Below are positions 59,896-64,000 of a stretch of DNA of 64,000 nucleotides, one piece after another. The translations under genes were made by a program, and so were the position numbers. Numbering within the stretch: the first letter of the stretch is position 1; every line of letters begins with the position of its first letter. The notes beneath the pieces are model-generated. The model made no database searches. It was not told the DNA's origin and saw only the letters and a list, made by a program, of their open reading frames with translations. Source of the DNA: a virus; the IMG/VR virus record IMGVR_UViG_3300030117_007501, positions 32,001 to 96,000 of that record. One strand, given 5' to 3'.

Positions 59896-60700
59896 TGTGA
59901 TGGTGAAAAATGAAGAAGTGCTTTTAAGTGAAGTACTTCCTATCTGGAAAGAATATCAAATAGATAAGTGGGTATTCTACAATGACAATTCGACAGATAA
60001 CACAGAAGAACTTATAAGACAAGAGCTTGGCAAAAGGGCTGTCGTGTTGAATGATAATTTGCCAAAGTTTCACGAAGCACACCACAGATCTAGGATGCTG
60101 GAATATAGCAGGGATAACGGAGCAGACTACGCCATAGCCATCGACGCTGACGAGCTTATGTCCAGAAATCTTGTCGATAATTTTGAGGAAGTATTGGAGA
60201 TGAATTCAAAGTACAATATAATGTATTATTGGTTCAATGTTGTCGGAGACATAAACCACATGCGCCAGGATCCTTCCTATATAGAAAATTATAGAACGTT
60301 CATAATGCCACTAGCAAACACTGGAAAGTTCGACATGAGAGGGTGGAAGTACCACACACCGAGAACTCCAGTTATTAATCTACCTCATGTTGCAACAAAG
60401 GATGTTGGGTTTATCCACCTGCAATCAATCAATAAAGAGTTTTATGCCCTCAAGCAACTTTGGTATAAGCATTTTGAATTCAAAGAATACAATCACTCGA
60501 TACACGAAATAAACCACAGATATGATACTGTGGTTAACAATATGAACTTCATGGAGAAAGAAGTGCCTAGAAAGATAGTTGAGGGCATTGAATTTGATGC
60601 GTCTGTATATGATAAACTAGCAGAGGTAAAGGGATACAAAGATTATATTTTGAAAAACAAGGTAAACGATTTGATGACGTTTGGACAGGAGTATTTATGA
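59879..60700 (+). CDS. GT2-like glycosyltransferase, paralog of 58391-59215
   Basis: VKNEE, NDNSTDNT, IDADE; colinear similarity along the full length. Confidence 0.85.
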   Translation: MIVHANVMVKNEEVLLSEVLPIWKEYQIDKWVFYNDNSTDNTEELIRQELGKRAVVLNDNLPKFHEAHHRSRMLEYSRDNGADYAIAIDADELMSRNLVDNFEEVLEMNSKYNIMYYWFNVVGDINHMRQDPSYIENYRTFIMPLANTGKFDMRGWKYHTPRTPVINLPHVATKDVGFIHLQSINKEFYALKQLWYKHFEFKEYNHSIHEINHRYDTVVNNMNFMEKEVPRKIVEGIEFDASVYDKLAEVKGYKDYILKNKVNDLMTFGQEYL

Positions 60701-61410
60701 CAACGACAATTAGGGAAGTCTGTATTCATCACCATCTTGGCTTGGGAGATCAGCTGGATTGCAATGGTTTGGTGAGACATTATGCAAAAACGAGAGACAA
60801 GGTGTATGTGTTTGCTAAAGAGCACCACCATGAAATGATATCGTACATGTATAGAGACAACAAAAAGATAGCAGTTGTACCGATAAATCCATCAGAAAAC
60901 GAGTACAAAGAAGTAGAAGATTTTCTAGATACCAAGCCTGGAATAGAGTTCAGGGTAATAGGGCATAAAAATTATAATCCTATGCTGGAAAAGATTCATA
61001 ATTTAAATTGCTGGCAGCAATTTTATTTATTAGCAGATATCTCCATGGAGGAAAGGTGGAGAGGCTTTTATTTTATGAGAAACGAAGAGGAAGAAAAAAG
61101 AGTATATGAGAAATTGAATCCAACGGGGGAGCCCTACATTTTTCTTCACGATGATCCTGAAAGAGGGTTCGAGATAGATAGGAAAAAGATAAATTCCGGA
61201 GAACTTAGGGTTATAACAAATGATGTGTCTGAAAACATGTTTCATTTTGTAGAGGTACTGAGGGGTGCCGAAGAGATACACTGTATGGAGAGTAGCTTTA
61301 AGTCCTTGGTAGAGCTTGTGGGAGTGGAGTCTAAGTTATATTTTCATGATTTTCGCAACCACCCTCTAGGGGACGCAAGAGCCGGATGGGAGATTGTTGA
61401 ATATGAGTGA
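60697..61410 (+). CDS. GT-B-like protein
   Basis: HHHLGLGDQ..CNG, AEEIHCMESSF. Confidence 0.6.
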   Translation: MTTTIREVCIHHHLGLGDQLDCNGLVRHYAKTRDKVYVFAKEHHHEMISYMYRDNKKIAVVPINPSENEYKEVEDFLDTKPGIEFRVIGHKNYNPMLEKIHNLNCWQQFYLLADISMEERWRGFYFMRNEEEEKRVYEKLNPTGEPYIFLHDDPERGFEIDRKKINSGELRVITNDVSENMFHFVEVLRGAEEIHCMESSFKSLVELVGVESKLYFHDFRNHPLGDARAGWEIVEYE

Positions 61411-62308
61411 GATAACAAGAGAAAGTATCCTTTGCTACAACTATATGACATTGGAAGCAGATCATTGCTTGGATCATCCGTTGGATTATTACAAGAGAGC
61501 TGGATGCGGCAGGATACATAATAAGGACGTCCTAGATCCACTAGAAGTCAAAAAAGGAGATTCGGTATTTGTCAAAACGGATTATATATTTCACGGGATA
61601 TTTCAAAAAGATATATTGGAACAAATAAAGAATCCATTCATACTAATAAGTGGAGTGTCCTCATATCAGCCTGGAGCGAACGGAGACAACAGTTATCTTA
61701 AGATACTCCAAGACAGCAGGGTGATGAAGTGGTTCTGCACAAACCCTCCAGACATCAAGTCTGAAAAAATAGTTCCCATTCCCATAGGGTTTGAAGAGCC
61801 AGAAAGAGAGGGTGGGAATCAAGAAGTTCTCTCCCACTATAACAGAAAGATACATGATTTCGACAAAAAAGAAAATAAACTTTATTTGCCATATCACACC
61901 GTTGGGAACAATCCTTCTCGAGATAGGTTTATACGACATCTGTCATCTTTGGATTTTGTCGAAGTGGAAGAAAATAGGTTACCATTTCAGGAGTATTTAC
62001 AAAAACTAGAAAAATTTAAATATATTATATGCCTAGAGGGGGCAGGGTATGACACTCATAGAAACTATGAGTCTCTCTTGGTTGGTTCTGTGCCCATAAT
62101 GAAAACTAGTACCGTCAAGGGAGTGTACGATAGAAATGAGCTACCCTCTGTGTTTGTTGACGATTGGCTCAAGGTTGACGAGAGTTTCTTTTCTCATATT
62201 AATTCCAAGACATATGACTTTAAAAATGTTAAAAATTTTATGGAAATAGGTTATCATATGAGAGATATTGAAAAAACTAAAGAAAGGCTTATGAACGATG
62301 AAGGTTGA
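61403..62308 (+). CDS. Exostosin/GT47-like protein
   Basis: PIPIG, ICLEGAGYDTHRNYESLLVGSVPI. Confidence 0.7.
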   Translation: MSEITRESILCYNYMTLEADHCLDHPLDYYKRAGCGRIHNKDVLDPLEVKKGDSVFVKTDYIFHGIFQKDILEQIKNPFILISGVSSYQPGANGDNSYLKILQDSRVMKWFCTNPPDIKSEKIVPIPIGFEEPEREGGNQEVLSHYNRKIHDFDKKENKLYLPYHTVGNNPSRDRFIRHLSSLDFVEVEENRLPFQEYLQKLEKFKYIICLEGAGYDTHRNYESLLVGSVPIMKTSTVKGVYDRNELPSVFVDDWLKVDESFFSHINSKTYDFKNVKNFMEIGYHMRDIEKTKERLMNDEG

Positions 62309-62672
62309 GGTATCAAACGGAGAACTGCTTGACAAACTCTCTATCTTGGAGGTAAAGAAGGAGAAAATAAAGAAAAAAGAAAAGCTCCTACATGTCGAAA
62401 GAGAGCATGCCCACCTCAAGAGCCTGGCTGGTTCATTAGAGTTTTCTCTCGAAGACTCTTCCTATGTAAGACTTAGAGAAATAAATTATCAACTCTGGGA
62501 CATTGAAGATGAGATAAGAAAGAAGGAAGAGGAAAATGACTTCGGAAAAAGATTCATAGAGTTGTCGCGTTCGATATACATTCTAAATGACGAAAGGTTC
62601 AGAATGAAGAACGACATAAACAAGAGAACAAACTCCCTCTTTCAAGAGCAAAAGGATCATAAAAATACATGA
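62298..62672 (+). CDS. Conserved helical protein (DUF6165-like)
   Basis: VSNGELLDKLSILEVK, LWDIEDEIR, NDERF..K..IN, EQK. Confidence 0.75.
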   Translation: MKVEVSNGELLDKLSILEVKKEKIKKKEKLLHVEREHAHLKSLAGSLEFSLEDSSYVRLREINYQLWDIEDEIRKKEEENDFGKRFIELSRSIYILNDERFRMKNDINKRTNSLFQEQKDHKNT

Positions 62673-63769
62673 CAGAGTTTATACCGCAAATCGAACCATG
62701 GATAGATGCGTCAGAACTCGATCAGTTTAAAAGAATTATAGAATCAACATATGTTGTGGAACATGCTCTAACGGAGGAGTTTGAGCAAGAGATAATCAAA
62801 CTGACTGGATCTAAGTATGCCATGGCAGTAACCAATGGCACTGCTGCACTATTTTGCTGTCTTAAGTCATTGGGCATCGGCACTGGTGATGAAGTTATAG
62901 TGCCGGATTTGACATTTGTGGCAACAAGCAATTCTGTAATAATGGCAGGCGCAATTCCTGTTTTTTGCGATGTAGATCCAGACACACTATGTATTGACGT
63001 TTCAGCAATAGAATCTTTAATAACCGAGAACACAAAAGCAATAATGCCAGTTCACTTGTATGGCAATTCAGCTGACATGGAAAGCATAATGAGTTTGGCT
63101 CGACGACACAACATTAAGGTTATCGAAGACGCCGCACAAGGCGTCGGCGTGAAGAGGAAATCTAGACATGTTGGGACGATGGGGGATTGCTCTATATTAT
63201 CTTTTTACGGAAACAAAACTATCACTTGCGGTGAGGGTGGAATCATCTTGACAGATGATGAAGAGATATATAGAAAGTGCGGCATATTGAAGAATCACGG
63301 TAGACCGGAAAGAGGCACCTTCATTCATCATGAGATAGGGTATAATTTTGCTTTCACCGAAATGCAGGCAGCAGTGGGGTTATCTCAACTTCAAAAGTTA
63401 GATAGAATAATATCGAAAAAGAAAAAGATAAGGGAAACCTACAAAGAGCATTTGGGTGGAATGTTTGAATTCATGAAAGTGGACAACGATACTAACCCAG
63501 TGCATTGGTTTACTTCCATATATACCGATAGCAAGGAGGCTTTGGCGGCGCATCTTGCCGCAGCTAATATTGGAAGCAGGAGCTTTTTTTATCCACTACA
63601 CTTGCAGCCGTGCTATATTAACAATCCAAGTTTGGTTAAAATGTCGGGGACATACGAGAACAGCACTAGCGCATATTCTAGGGGATTGTCACTCCCGTCT
63701 GCATATGGAATGACAGAGCAGCAGCAAATGAGAGTTATTAAGGAAGTGCGGAAATTTCATGAAAGTTAA
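62669..63769 (+). CDS. DegT/DnrJ/EryC1/StrS sugar aminotransferase
   Basis: NGTAAL, TFVAT, PVHLYG, IEDAAQ, SFYGNKTITCGEGG. Confidence 0.93.
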   Translation: MTEFIPQIEPWIDASELDQFKRIIESTYVVEHALTEEFEQEIIKLTGSKYAMAVTNGTAALFCCLKSLGIGTGDEVIVPDLTFVATSNSVIMAGAIPVFCDVDPDTLCIDVSAIESLITENTKAIMPVHLYGNSADMESIMSLARRHNIKVIEDAAQGVGVKRKSRHVGTMGDCSILSFYGNKTITCGEGGIILTDDEEIYRKCGILKNHGRPERGTFIHHEIGYNFAFTEMQAAVGLSQLQKLDRIISKKKKIRETYKEHLGGMFEFMKVDNDTNPVHWFTSIYTDSKEALAAHLAAANIGSRSFFYPLHLQPCYINNPSLVKMSGTYENSTSAYSRGLSLPSAYGMTEQQQMRVIKEVRKFHES

Positions 63770-64000
63770 ATTAGCAGAAGATACAATAGACGAAGGCGAT
63801 ATTGATTACTTAATAGACTGGCTTAAGACTTATCCTAGATTAACAAAGGGTGAAGTCACAATTCAGTTTGAAAAGAAGTGGTCAGAATATCTGGGTGTAA
63901 AGCATTCTGTGTTTGTAAACTCAGGATCATCAGCGAACTTGTTGATGCTATATACTCTGGTGGAGAATGGCTCTTTATCTCCAGGAGACACGGTGGTAGT
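63759..64000 (+). CDS. Second DegT-family PLP enzyme, N-terminal part (truncated by window)
   Basis: FEKKWSEYLGVKHSVFVNSGSSANLL. Confidence 0.85.
   Translation, partial: MKVKLAEDTIDEGDIDYLIDWLKTYPRLTKGEVTIQFEKKWSEYLGVKHSVFVNSGSSANLLMLYTLVENGSLSPGDTVV

Overview
This looks like a 64-kb slice of a large (jumbo-type) dsDNA bacteriophage genome. Genes are dense, almost all on the + strand, use the standard genetic code, and no rRNA or ribosomal-protein operons are present. Three zones are visible. (1) About 1-23 kb is an early/accessory region with many sigma70-type promoters: DnaK C-terminus, FKBP PPIase, a putative R-M pair, UvsE, a MoxR-type AAA+/VWA pair, three tRNAs and about 28 small 'KVGDLV' SH3-like ORFs. 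(2) About 23-47 kb follows a C-rich boundary and is a late-type region with a different upstream motif (HTA-N-TTA), about 20 proteins sharing two N-terminal leader peptides, PurA, tmRNA, IscU/IscA and an M15 peptidase. (3) About 47-64 kb holds TilS plus a CAU tRNA, ClpP-like and trypsin-like proteases, PhoH, a PD-(D/E)xK nuclease and a glycosyltransferase/sugar-aminotransferase cluster. The best candidate for an undescribed system is two arrays (9.45-10.76 kb and 17.35-18.41 kb) of unrelated 145-206 bp coding cassettes. They are joined by a conserved ~30-bp junction (GAGGTDRTMAGTGAAAGTCGGTGAYWTRGT) that supplies the Shine-Dalgarno, the start codon of the next gene and the stop codon of the previous one, so each cassette is a self-contained, potentially exchangeable gene. 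Other highlights are the putative capsid-targeting leaders, promoters embedded in hairpins, a 6S-like RNA and a CglF/GltF-like protein pointing to a Myxococcota/Bdellovibrionota host. All family assignments are motif recognition by eye; no database searches were run.
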